Source: Euprymna scolopes (lineage: Eukaryota). From it: 64,000 nucleotides of DNA. The stretch lies in assembly GCA_053919585.1 (NCBI GenBank), contig CM132783.1; one strand, 5' to 3'. Below are positions 51,460 through 64,000 of the stretch, one piece after another; positions within the stretch are counted from its first letter, which is position 1; each line of letters begins with the position of its first letter. A program made the position numbers and the translations under genes. The notes under the pieces were generated by a model. The model ran no database searches. It was given only the letters and a program-made list of their open reading frames with translations, and was not told the DNA's origin.

Positions 51460-51629
51460 ACAGAAATATACGGTAATAAAAAATAAAACGCATATCTGCT
51501 CTGCAAAGGTATTGATCACTTTCTTCAGTTTTTATTAATTACCATTTCCACTAAATATATGCATATATATATATTTATATATGTATATATTTATATACAC
51601 ATATCTCTATCTATCTATCTATCTATATA

Positions 51630-52514
51630 TCTATAAAATTTAAAGTGTACGTCTCTTTGTGTGTCTGTATGTGTACATTTCCCTACGCAACAGCTCTGTC
51701 AATTTTTAGTCTAAAGACTCGAAATTTGATATATAGGGTACTGAGATTAAGGAAAATCCATGTGATCGGTTTTCAGCCAGAAATTTGGGGATTAAGGGGT
51801 CAAAACTCAACGATTTGACCTTTGAGAACGCTACCAAACTCCTCCCACAATTTTGGGTCTACACACTTTAAGTTTTAGATATTTGTTCCTTGGGCATGGA
51901 TTTAACTTAAAAACTTTATTTGAGCCCAAAACAATAAATGTTAAGGGGTCAAAAACGTCGTCAAAGTTTAAAAAATTGATCTCTGCGGCCTCTTCCAAAC
52001 TACTCAGACAATTTCTGGTCTAAATATTTTAAATTTTACATGAAGGGTATTCAGAGGTAGGGCAAACTTTTTAATCGGTCTCGGTCGAAAATCTTTAGTT
52101 ATCAATATATAAATGTATGTATGTATGTCTGTTTGCATGTCTGCTTAAAACTTTCAATAGATGCGACCGATGTTACCAAGATCAGTATCGTTTTAAATTC
52201 CCACCTTTCATACGAAAAATATCGAAAAATTGGGTAAAACATTTATACGTTCCCTTCAACAAGGCACTTTTTTACAAGGGTGGGCACTTTTTTCGCCGAT
52301 ATTTTGGAAAGTTATCCTCTCCTTTAGAGTGTCTAGCATTTATTTTTTAAAAGGTCGCTCCCAGTTTAGCTGTGGTCGTAACAGCATAGACGTTAGGTTT
52401 TTACCTCGTTCTTTTCCTCCTTCGCGGTACGAGTTCGAGCGTGCCTTCCTACTACCACATTTTTTTTTTGTTAAACAGACACATTCAAACACCCGGGCAA
52501 CGCCGGGGTGAAAT

Positions 52515-52518
<4 letters not shown>
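51630..52518 (+). mobile_element. Composite non-autonomous Helitron (family-A 5' part, second TC start at 52102, shared 3' hairpin)
   Basis: TCTATAAAA...TACATTTCCCTACGCAA start shared with the downstream copies; CCCGGGCAACGCCGGG hairpin at ~52492-52507. Confidence 0.75.
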
Positions 52519-52579
<61 letters not shown>

Positions 52580-52590
<11 letters not shown>

Positions 52591-52994
52591 GAACGTGTCT
52601 GGCTGTCTGTCTGTCTGCGTACATTTCCCTACGCAATAACTCTGTCAATTTTTAGTCTACAGACCCGAAATTTGATATACAGGGTACTGAAATTTGGGAA
52701 AATCTATGGGATCGGGTTTCGGCCAGAAATTTGGCTGCTAAGGGGTCAAAGTTCAACGATTAGACTTTTAAGAACTCTTCAAAACTCCTCCGAAAATTTG
52801 GGTCTAAACACTTGAAATTTTAGATATTGGTTCCGTGGACATGTATCTAACTTAATAAATTGCTGTGAGTGCAAAACCATGAATGTTAAGGGGTCATAAT
52901 AGGGGTCAAAGTTACAAAAATGTTCCGTTTTTTTTTTTGTTGATACTCAGCATACACCTCCAAATAGCCCAGCAACGCCGCGCACCCATACTTG
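52580..52994 (+). mobile_element. Non-autonomous Helitron family A, copy 2
   Basis: Homologous to 52999-53401; ends in a degenerate hairpin and CTTG|T. Confidence 0.85.
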
Positions 52995-52998
52995 TATA

Positions 52999-53400
52999 TC
53001 TATAAAAGTGAACGTCTCTGTGTGTCTGTGGCTGTGTCTGTACATTTCCCTACGCAATAACTTTGTCAATTTAAAGTCTACAGACTCGAAACTTGATATA
53101 CAGGGTAGTGGGATTTGGAAACATCGATGTGATCGGTTTTTGGCCATAAATTTGGCGATTAAGGGGTCAAAGTTCAACGATTTGACCTTTGAGAACTCTA
53201 CCAAACTCCTCCGACAATTTTGGGTCTAAACACTTGAAATTTTAGATATGGTTTCCCTGGACATTGACCTAACTTAATAACTTGATTTGAGCCTACAATA
53301 GTAAATGTGGTAAGTTAAAAAATGACCGCTTTTTATTTATTTATTTTTTTTGCTCAACATACACCTCCAAACACCCGGGCAACGCCGGGCTGAAATGCTA

Positions 53401-53401
<1 letters not shown>
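52999..53401 (+). mobile_element. Non-autonomous Helitron family A, copy 3 (complete)
   Basis: A|TC start, GTCT-like microsatellite, CCCGG-gcaacg-CCGGG hairpin, CTAG|T end, no TSD. Confidence 0.92.
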
Positions 53402-53461
<60 letters not shown>

Positions 53462-53559
53462 TATATATGTGTGTGTGTGTGTGTATGTTAATAAAGTTCA
53501 TGGTGAGTACAAAGTAATTTTATTAACTTTTTAAACGCATTACATCAGACTACACTAGT

Positions 53560-54221
53560 AAATTGCAGCTTTCATACTAAGAGTACATCATTTAGATAAA
53601 TTTTATCGGCGACTGAAATTATCAACAGAAAATTATGAAAACAAGCAGACTTGCAAAGAAAAACGATAAATAACCGTCGTTCTTTCAAATATAATGAAAA
53701 GGCATGTTCTAATTTTGATAAACTGAACATAGAAGGTTATTTACCGTTTGCGTCAATCGTACACAAGTATTGTAACGACTGTAGCCTAACGGATTTTCGG
53801 CAGATGCTTTTTAAATGCCTTATTTTCGGCCAGCGACTAGTATCTACAAAGAATGCCGAAATCAGACGAAAAATACTAGTGAAAGTGGAAAGTACATCCA
53901 ATATCATTCTACGAAGATTTTTGGAGGATTGCCAAGAATGTGTAAACGTAAGAGGCGATTCTAAATACAAATTATAGGTCGTATCATATGTAAAAAAGTA
54001 AAGCATAAATTCTGCCAATAATCCCCTGAGAAAAAAAATATGTCCAAGACTATTTTCAGTATTACTCGCCTAAAAATGGACTAGATAATAGAGCTACTCA
54101 CATTTTCCAAAGAAGCTAATTATAGAAAAAAAAGAATAAATTACTGCCGAGACCATGTAACCTATGTTGGTCATTATAATATTTGATTGCAGAAATTCTT
54201 TCCACAACCAAAGAACAGTAG

Positions 54222-54230
<9 letters not shown>
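53560..54230 (+). pseudogene. Gypsy gag-like relic
   Basis: ORF 53651-53977 KYCNDCSL...FKCLIFGQRLVSTKNAEIRRKILVKVE...EDCQ resembles the FKCLIF.QGL.S..DAEIR gag motif of invertebrate Gypsy elements. Confidence 0.6.
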
Positions 54231-54261
<31 letters not shown>

Positions 54262-57164
54262 GATGGCACATACGAATGTATTATCTCTTAAACTATAAGC
54301 AACTATCTTATGTAACTTTAACCGGAATTTTACACACATTTAGTCGTTATAATAAAATCCTAAATAACATGATAGGAGAAACATTATCACCATCGCAACC
54401 TCTTTTAGAGGAAGTAGTTCCTATTCTCCCTCTAAACAATTACTCCTACAACTCCCAGTCATCACTTAGGATATGTATGGGAGTTCATCCTTCCCAAGTA
54501 GATTATAAACACATTTACATAACATAATCTTTCCTTTTTTCGTTACAAAAAAATAATAAATTATTCCCAGAATAATTTCGCTCTATCTGATTGGATGATC
54601 TCTAGTCATCCCTATAATCTGTAATAACAGTATTACTATGCTCAACGGACGTAAATACACCATTCACACATGGCGTCGCAATTATATCTACTTTTGCCCT
54701 ATATTTAAATTGCTCACTACACTCGATTTGTACCGTTTTTCAGTAATATTTTTACAAACTCAGGTACATTCTTTACAAACATAGTTACATTTTTGTTAAA
54801 TAATTCATTTATATATATTTAATTTAAACCTGCGTTTTCGATTGGATTATCACGTTGTATATATTCGTTCTAACTCTCTCTCTCTCTCTCTCTGTTTCTT
54901 TCTGTCTCTCTCTTTCTCCCTATCACTTCGAAAACAAAACAACAAACATGTATTCCTCTCTATCTCGCTCGCTCTCTCACCTAACAATATCTGATTTTCG
55001 TAAACATTTTGTAGCTTTTCTAAAAAAATCACTCCCATTGAGTAAAAAAAAAAAGAAAAACAATCTTGCAAAACTTAACAATTTATGTTTAAAAATAAAA
55101 CATCTACTTGTCTTGAAAATATTTGGTGATAAGTAATTTGCTAAAAGAAAATAAATAAAACATTTATATTCAGTCAACATACGGTTTGATTTTGTTATTT
55201 TAAGGTAGTGTATTTCTATTTTTCCGGCTTGTTTGTTTTAAAATTAGCCTCCGTCTTAATCCGATGATTGCCAGTCGATCCCTATCCATGATTGACGTGA
55301 TATCGCGAGAATCCAGGTTAAATTCTGCAAGATTACCTGTTTAGATATTTTCCATATTTTCCATGTTTTGCTTCCAGACCTTTACGCATGTTTGCAAGTT
55401 AGGGTCTGGTTTTAGGCACAAATACTGAATTTTTACACTGATGACCTTCGCTACAGTTTTAACGTGAATTTCATTGTATAGGAAATTGAATTCGGTCGAG
55501 TATTGTATTAAAAATTGTTTTTTGGTCTTGCTAGATTGCGGCCACGGTAATTGAATTTGGAGGAGGATTGTACATTAGGTCCACCTCAACAATTTTCTAT
55601 AGAATGACTACTTTTATATGTTTTCGACTATGCTGATTAAGAAAATCCCATTCAAATTTTGCGGAGAATACACATATAGAGATATAAAGACATGTAATTC
55701 ACTAGCTGCGATGGTTGTACACATGCGCGATAAACAAATCTACTTCTCTTATCCCGACACTGCTAACCCAAAATTATATTTAGTATTTCCGGATGGGCAT
55801 GTTGGAAACGATTATCACGGCTAAATTTCAGGAAATTATCTTCAGATATTCCACCTAATAAAAAGGCCGTTGCCTCCTGAAGCCGTTCTTTACATTGGAA
55901 TGTCGGGGTATCTTATCCGAATGCCGTTTTTACGATGGGGAGATTGGTGGTGTCTCTCCCAAAAGGCGTTCTTAACATGAGATTTGAAATGTTTATTTCC
56001 AATGCTGTTATTAACATGACAATACTCAAAGAAGTGAGAAAAAAGAGTCGTAATTGTTTTGTTTTACACATTAGTAAAAGACAATATAAACTGGAATTTA
56101 ATTTATTATTATTGCTGGAAGAGTTGAGAAGAAGAGGAAGACTTGGACAACAAACGGAAAAAGCTAGGACTGCTACCGCGGATTTCGATCACTTTAAACA
56201 ATCCATAACCTCTAAAATTTCTGCTTTTACTTTCCATTTTATTCTAATGAACCATTTTTCGTACTTTTATTAATTCATAGTAATTTCCGCATTTCCTTAA
56301 TTGTTTTTATTAAAATTCGAACAGAACCTGCATGTTATCGCCGCAAACTATTACTGCTCCCCAGTGAGAGTCGGACTATGCAGATATATTTTATAAAATG
56401 ATTTATTATTATTAGATTTTTATAGATGCGAAAGTTTGATTAATAATAGTAACTGTTGTATTTACTTGCTTCATTATTCCACTATCAAGTAGGAGGCAAT
56501 GCATATCAATTAGAGCCAATAAAGGACCAATACAAGACAAAACCGGGTTCACAATGTTATAGACGAGATGGCTGGCTGGCGTTGCCCGGTCGTAAAATAT
56601 CTTTACTTGTATCTTTACTTGAAAACGTCTCATTACGATCCAAATAGGTTTACTTTAAATAAATACAAGCATATTCATAATATTAAGTGTATCATACAAT
56701 GGCGTATAATGTGTCTTTATTGGAACACATTGAATGGACAGAACTCCCAAAACACGAATTATTTAAACATCATACATATTCTGAAACATAAATTATTTAG
56801 TATTCTGTATATTTTGCATATAAGATTCCATGGACGTTTATTATTTATGGAGGCATCTTATGCGAAAACAAAGTAATATTTATTGATTTAATAATTATGC
56901 CATTAATTCAAGACGTTATTTTTACTGGCAAGGAATTATGCATGTAATCTAAATAAGGTTTCTACAAAGTTGTGTTTATGCTATTTTCACTTGAATAGAA
57001 TTAATTAAAGGCACATAAACTGTAAGTGAATAAGATTAATTGCTTCAAATATTCCATTTCTAGCATAGAGATTATATGTTTTCATAAATTTTTACGTAAC
57101 GTAAAAATGCAAGACGACGAAGTGTATGGTTTGATCCTATAAGTGTTTACCAGACATGTTATAA

Positions 57165-57236
<72 letters not shown>

Positions 57237-58662
57237 AGAATTTGATAACTATTCTCAGTTGCTAATTGTTATGCAGTGGTGTGAATACACATGTGTGGAT
57301 AACTTAGACTAAAGGGGAAATCAATTGAAACTGATACGTTAGAATAGTAATGGTTCTCTGTTCGTACCAATTTTGTCAATACCAAATATTTCTATTTCTT
57401 CTCTTACATCTTCTAGTTAATGTCTCAATTTAACAAGTTACATTAATTAATACTTCTAAAATAGACACAGAATCATTTGCCCCTTATACTGCATCAATAT
57501 ATCATCAGTATACAAACTAAGTTCTATAAAACACTTCGTGAAATATTCCCCACAAGTTTACTTGTAACTTAGATTATATCAGTGTTTTTAATTAATTTCA
57601 TTTTCTATTTTATTGCTGGTTTCTATTGACTAAGGTGTGCATGCCCCAATATATAACCTTAATAGAAAAACAACAGAATTTTATAGAAAGGATTCGAATA
57701 ATAAATTTAAAAATTTGGCACTTACTTAAATATATGATTTGACGGATACTTTTCCAATGGGTTCGTACCATGAATTTGTATTCATCGTTTTTTTCTCGCG
57801 ACATCTGTACATTTCAGTATTCGTCCAAAGCAAAAGGAAATACACTTATTATTTGCTTAGGTATTAGGGAAAATAATAATTATATGACTTCTTACATTAT
57901 TCACCATTTTTTTTTCTAAAATTAAGCTTAGACATCATTATGCAAAATAAACTATGTTATTTGCAATTGTAATATTTTTAATGAATATATTTATTTTGAT
58001 TCAAAAATATTTCAATTGTCAAATTACACACGTCACATGACCTTTTTTCTACAAATTTGAAGTTACTATTTTTTAACTTTCTTAATCTATTTTAAGTATA
58101 ATAAATTATTCAATTTTTCATTTATATTTAACAAAATGGATAAATCATACAGATACTTGTAGTATATGATTATATGTAACGTTTATAAAAATGAATTGAT
58201 AAGAAGTTTATTGAAACAAGTTTGGAAAAAGAGACACTCTCGGACATGTTGCACTTTCTAGGCTCAATGACATGGGCATTCTAAAAAGACAATGATAAGA
58301 GACGTTCATGAGAAGCCATGATCCTATAAACCGACCGAACATTGTTTTCATAATTTAATTAATAAATTGGTATTTTTTAATATATCAGGCTGTTCCGCAT
58401 CATTCATTATGATGAGATCGATCGATGCTAAGCAGAAAAAAGTATAAAAACGTTCAGAAGCTTTTAATAGTGTTTCCCAGTGGGACATTAAATAATGTAA
58501 CGATTAATGGAATAAGAAATAATGGAAATAAATACGCTAAAATTTTTAAAGAATATAAAACATTAAATTTTAAACAAATAAATGTACATGAAAAATTATT
58601 TTCATCAGTAGCATTAGGTAGCGGCAGTACTTTGATCGTTATCGGTTGACTAATATTATATG

Positions 58663-59003
58663 CTAGCATTTCATCCCCTCGTTGTCCGAGTGTTTGGAGG
58701 TGGATGTTGAGCAAAAAAAAAAAAAACACAGTTATTTTTTTTAAATTTTGACCCCTATTATGACCCCTTAACATTTATTGTTTCCGGCTTATATCAAGTT
58801 ATTAAGTTAGATTCATGTCCAAGGAATCTATATCTCCAATTTCAAGTGTTTACAGCCAAAATTCTCGAGGATCAAATCGTTAAACTTTGACGAATTAACA
58901 GCCAAATTTCTGGCCGAAAACGAATTACAAAGATTTTCCCAAATCTCAATACCCTGTATATCAAAGTAGACTAAAAATTTACAGAGCTATTGTGTAGCGA
59001 AAT

Positions 59004-59041
<38 letters not shown>

Positions 59042-59060
59042 TCACTTATATATATATATA
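58663..59060 (-). mobile_element. Non-autonomous Helitron family A, dispersed copy
   Basis: Reverse complement of 52999-53401; CTAG at 58663-58666; the internal microsatellite has expanded to (CA)n. Confidence 0.88.
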
Positions 59061-59219
59061 TAATATGTATAAAAGTAATAATGTATCATTTTGTTATTAT
59101 TATCATTATATCAGTAGTTGTAGTAGTACTAGAATTATTTTTTTTTATAAAAATGTATGGAAGGAGTACATTTCATTTTTCAACTATTCAAGACAAATCC
59201 AATTTAAATTAGAATAATG

Positions 59220-59830
59220 ATGATACTATTTTGATGCTGTTACAATGTATGTATATACTCGACCTTCGGGACAAGATCAAAGTGTATTATCTGTTCTTCA
59301 AATGCTGCACTTCTATTTCTTGTTCTCTTTCGGTGGAGGAGAAATCCTTCACGACTGAGACAATTTTTATTTGTGTACCTTTTCTCCACGTTAAAAAAAC
59401 GACCCTGGTGTCTAACTCTGTCCCGTGGGGAGGCATAGTAAATAGGTACAATGTATGTATAGAGATAATAAATAACTCAAATTCTAGAGCCTTTATCCTG
59501 TTTATTCCTGATAATTCTGCTGGTTAAGATTGTTAATGTTTTCTGGTATGCTCACTACTTTCCAGATTAGATCGTTTACGCTTTCTAAATTGACATTTGC
59601 CATGTTTTCACCATGAACATAACTCGTGAACAATGCTTAGTGATCCTGCTAATATACAAACAATAAAATTCCAAATTATTGTTTTTCAATTTCTTTCGTC
59701 CTCAATGCTAGTTTCATTTCGTTGGTTGATCATTTGCTACCTGGGTGTGGTCTGTTAGCCAGACAATCGATAGTGTCGTATAAATAGATTTAAATGGCAA
59801 GCATTCAAGTCAGATTGCTTTTTAGTCCAG
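59220..59830 (-). pseudogene. Very decayed RTE-like RT fragment
   Basis: Traces of PAEL, a GVR.QG-like motif and LYLFT on the minus strand. Confidence 0.3.
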
Positions 59831-61559
59831 AAAACTCGTCTTTCCATTTAAGACTATTTCTCAATCAAACACACGCTCACAAAACGCATACGTAATAATA
59901 ATGAAAACCGCTATTCGTTGTTGTAAAACAATGCTTGCAAAGTGTTGGTCTGTAAACAACGAATTATTTTAATTCAACATTGCATTATATTTTTAATTTA
60001 AATATATATTTAATCTTTATTTCTTGCTTACTTATTTATGGTGTATCAACAAACTATATTTTATTATTGTTTCTTCATGATACATTGTTCGTTATATATG
60101 ATGATTAAACACTTTTACTGTGGCACTTATAGTCGACAGGTTTGATACTGTAATAGTGCGTTATTAACAATGAATTCGATGCACATAATAGCCAATTCAA
60201 AAAAAGGTATACGTATCTGATATGCAAATTCATACATATTTGCCGTGAATGAGGATTAAATAACAACTTGTGTTTTATTAATTGTATACATGTTAAGATT
60301 ACAAAACAAATTAAATATCGAAAACTAGATAAATTGAATTTGTATTAATCACTCGTATATCCTTTTGATGTTTTACATAGTCCTAATAATGGCAATATTG
60401 CTATAGATTAATTTCTAAGCATAATCGCAACGGAGTCAGTAATTATTTGTCTCTTAAAATCTACACAAGAAAAATTTTTGCTGTGAAAAAATTAAGCTGG
60501 TAAAAACCACACCTGATTGATCCGATATATATATTCGAATGACAAACATTAATTAAGTCTTCTAGTAAAATGTAAATATAGCAAAATACCTATTTAATAA
60601 TAGATTAAATGAGATTGTTTTTCTTTATTCTAATGTTTGTATTTTTTTCATCATGTAAAAGTTATATAATTTTTTGTGACTGTTTCTTATCTGATATAAA
60701 TCGCATTTTCCTATTGTAATGCATGGTCAATACACTCTTGATTTCACTAATTAGTAATCTCTACTCTACCCCTGTAACTTCTCTATTTCTGTATTTCAAG
60801 TAATGAAAAATAAATAGCTTTGTGTGATGACGTTGCTAGTGTTCGGAAGGTTTGGTTTGAATATGTCGGAATTTCTGGTAATTTACGATAATTTTTCGAA
60901 CCTATAGGAAAGATAGAACGTTTTAAAGATTGGTGCATTTCGTGAGGGTTCTACAGTTGCATTTCGAGTTCTTGCCGACAAGTTAATCATCCTTTAGTAT
61001 TTTACTTCGGATAGAGCTTGAGTAACGAGTTAGGAATATCTCGTTACTTTTTACACCCGATCTAAATCTTATCTAATTATGCCTCAATGTTGTTTTTTTT
61101 AAATTTTGCGAAGAGATTGTTATTGGGACGCGTTATCCCTTTGTTTACATTTTCTGTTTTTAACGAATTATGGCAAAATGATGAGATTAAAATCAGATTA
61201 CAACATTTGTCTAGTAGAGAACTTCGAGCCACTTGGACACTAACCACACATTGTTAAAAATAAATGAAAAAGAAAAGAAAAAACGCACCATGAAACTGCC
61301 TGCTTTATTATATTATATATTATATAAAATCTAAGGCCTTCAGGGCCTGATTATCATTAATCCTATACTAGCGTTTAGTTTATCGGTGTTTAGTTTGTCG
61401 GTGAAATTTGGAATTCGATTCTTACAATCGAATATTCAGCGTATATAACTACAGTATAGAACGATAAATGTGTCGTCCTTAACAAACAAAAAAACACAAA
61501 ACTATTAGGTTTATTTTTAAACTTTTATTTTTAAAATAATCAATTCAAGTAACTTGATT

Positions 61560-61760
61560 ATGTAGTAGTACTGCCATCAATTCAATCGTACCGCCTTCAC
61601 TCGTATCACCGAGCATGCGTTTTACGCAAGAGCTGGCGATCAGGCTGGCTTTGGTGTTGTGGGCGGTCATGTTAGTGATGTTATCTCACTCATGTCCAAA
61701 CAAAGTATTCCAGTATGTTCAGGTCAATAATCTCGTTGTTCAGTGTGATAATCTGTCTTT
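61560..61760 (-). pseudogene. Mariner-like transposase C-terminal remnant
   Basis: DLNILEYFVW...HNTKASLIA resembles SPDLNPLDYFVW...HNT..SL.A.I. Confidence 0.5.
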
Positions 61761-62035
61761 TTGACATTTTTTTTTATATAATTTTCTTTTGCTTAACTTT
61801 AACGGAAAATAGGGCTTACAATGCGAAAAAATATTACTAGTAAAATATAATTTGTGAAATTAGATAATTGTATTTCTAAAATAAAAATGTGATTTATTTG
61901 ATGTTTTTTTTATTGTTAGGAAACAGAATTATCATAAGTAAATATATCTTACAAATTTATGGGACGGTTGTTTTTCATTTGTTTATACTTTTATTTCTTA
62001 TGCCACTACTGTTAACCTCGTTTTGCACTTTGTGT

Positions 62036-62096
<61 letters not shown>

Positions 62097-62780
62097 TATT
62101 CTAATAGAATAGAAAAAAACAAGATATTCGAGTAATAAAATTTAATAATTTTATAACCTAAAATATTGTAGCATTAAGAATTGATTATATAATATCAAAT
62201 TGCTTTTTTTTTAATTCTTAATGCTGCAGTATTTAAAGGTATAACTTTAATATATTTTACTAGGATATCTAGTCCTTTTCTAAGTTTAAACATAAACATA
62301 TTATTTTCATGCTCGCATTTTTCCATACTTCCAGTAAATTCGTTTGTTCCTTGTTTGATTACAGTCCCCCCCATAAACATAACATACACATAATCATAAA
62401 ACAATGTACGGCACTCGTCTACGTTCATACTCTATGTTTCACTTGTTTCTTCTTTTTCCGCAAGAGTGATGATTTAGTAGCAACACTAATCGCTGAAGCG
62501 ACTTGGTTACTATAGAAACCAGTCAGAAATAAAGCCGCTGAAATCCTTACTAAAGGTTACGATTGTGAACACCAGTAAATCTGTCATAACTTTTGTTTTA
62601 ATGAACGATAATTGTTTTTCACAACATATCTGAGAAGGTTATCTATAAACTGTAATAATTTTTTGAAATGTGGTTGGAAAATGAATGAGCTGTGAAGCTT
62701 TAAAGAAGTTCTAAATGAGTAAAACTGCCAATTAACCATATATTTTTAAACACTACTGTGTTTTACTATATGGTTTTTGG

Positions 62781-63374
62781 GGTTTATATTACTGTACACA
62801 TAGACTCGAAAAAGTTGTCAAAAAACAAATATATAACAAATAAATGTTATTAAAGGCAAGATAAGTTACTTTTCTACCAAACTGGATATATTTTTTGTGT
62901 TTTTATTCAATGTAACATTTATTCAGCTCGAAAAACATGCAGTGTTTACCGATGTATTGGACAATTCAAAATGGCGGCCAACTCTCTCTTAAATACGGTA
63001 AGTTCGAGAAAAGGTGTTATAAATAATAAACTAGACAAAATACTGTTAGAAATTTGCTCAATATATATTACCGTGACATAGGTTGACATAGATTCGGTGT
63101 TTTTTAATAGTATTTTGTCTAGTTTATTATTTATAACACCTTTTCTCGAACTTACCGTGTGTAAGCTAGAGTCGGCCGCCATTTTGAATTGTCCAATGCA
63201 TCGGTAAACACTGCATTTTTTTCGAGTTGAATAAATATGTTACATTGAATAAAAACACAAAAATATATCCTGTTTGGTAGAAAAGTAACTTATCTTGCCT
63301 TTGATAACATTTATTTGTTATATATTTGTTTTTTGACAACTTTTTCGAATCTATTTGTACAGTAATACAAAACC
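62781..63374. mobile_element. Foldback MITE with ~270-bp TIRs, Mutator/MULE-like
   Basis: 62781-63052 is a near-perfect reverse complement of ~63100-63374, with a ~48-bp spacer. Flanking 9-mers GGTTTTTGG and AGTTTTTGC match at 7/9 (probable 9-bp TSD). Confidence 0.85.
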
Positions 63375-63419
63375 AGTTTTTGCTATATATCTATATGTTT
63401 GAATGTCACTTATCCATAT

Positions 63420-64000
63420 ATTCAAACACTACTGTGATAAACTTCTTAAGGAAAACATTACTATAAACCATAAAAAAAATCAAACTTAGACATTATTAGA
63501 AAAGTAAATGAAGACAGTAACGCAATAACAGATAAACTGGAAATCAGCAACAGAGTAGGTAAAATAAGTAATAAAGAAGCGTATATACTCTTGAAAGATC
63601 ACAAACCTGACTTTATTAACAAACCTCCAACTAGACTTATTAATCCAACTAGACTCGAGATAGGTAGGATCATCAAAATATTTTGAAGAGAATTAAGAGC
63701 CATATTAAATCTGCATACAATCGTAACCTATGGACTAATACAAATGATACGATTAAGTGGTTCTCAAGCATAATTAATAAACAAAATGACTCCTTTCTAC
63801 AATTTGATATCGAAAACTACTACCCCTCTATCACGAATGAACTTTTCAGGGAGGTAACAAAGAAAGATCAAATAGTTAATTTGACGTGTCGATTGCATCT
63901 CTGGATTCAACTGAATTGACAGATCTCGTAGGTGTATATGTTTATATAGCCTAACTAGGACCATCGAAGTTGAAAACATCGGCCTATATAAAGACGACGG
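63420..64000 (+). pseudogene. Penelope-like element reverse transcriptase fragment, running off the window end
   Basis: AYILLKDHKPDFINKPPTRLINPT..EIG, NLWTNTNDTIKWF, FLQFDIENYYPSI and a terminal IGLYKDD; frameshift and internal deletion. Confidence 0.9.

Noticed and set aside
1-64000. Host protein-coding gene
   Set aside because: Every ORF with recognisable motifs is transposon-derived; the rest are short, low-complexity or antisense. Small exons of a large-intron gene cannot be excluded without RNA-seq.

Overview
AT-rich eukaryotic DNA, probably from an invertebrate (not identified), with many (TA)n microsatellites and six N-gaps. I found no supportable host-gene exon; the window is a nested transposon graveyard. 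It holds two THAP/P-element transposase relics inside or beside a decayed Gypsy element, Tc1/mariner, Merlin and MULE-like elements, RTE, CR1-group and R4-like LINEs, Penelope-like relics, and several non-autonomous Helitrons, one carrying three satellite arrays. One RTE is young and GC-rich, with an exact 10-bp TSD. The most interesting non-coding signal is a set of type I hammerhead ribozyme motifs. At 26068-26706 a ~310-bp tandem/inverted element couples tRNA-type Pol III A/B boxes to an intact minimal hammerhead followed by TTTT (retrozyme/SINE-like). An unrelated back-to-back hammerhead pair lies at 51320-51459. All calls come from reading motifs by eye; boundaries of decayed elements are approximate.
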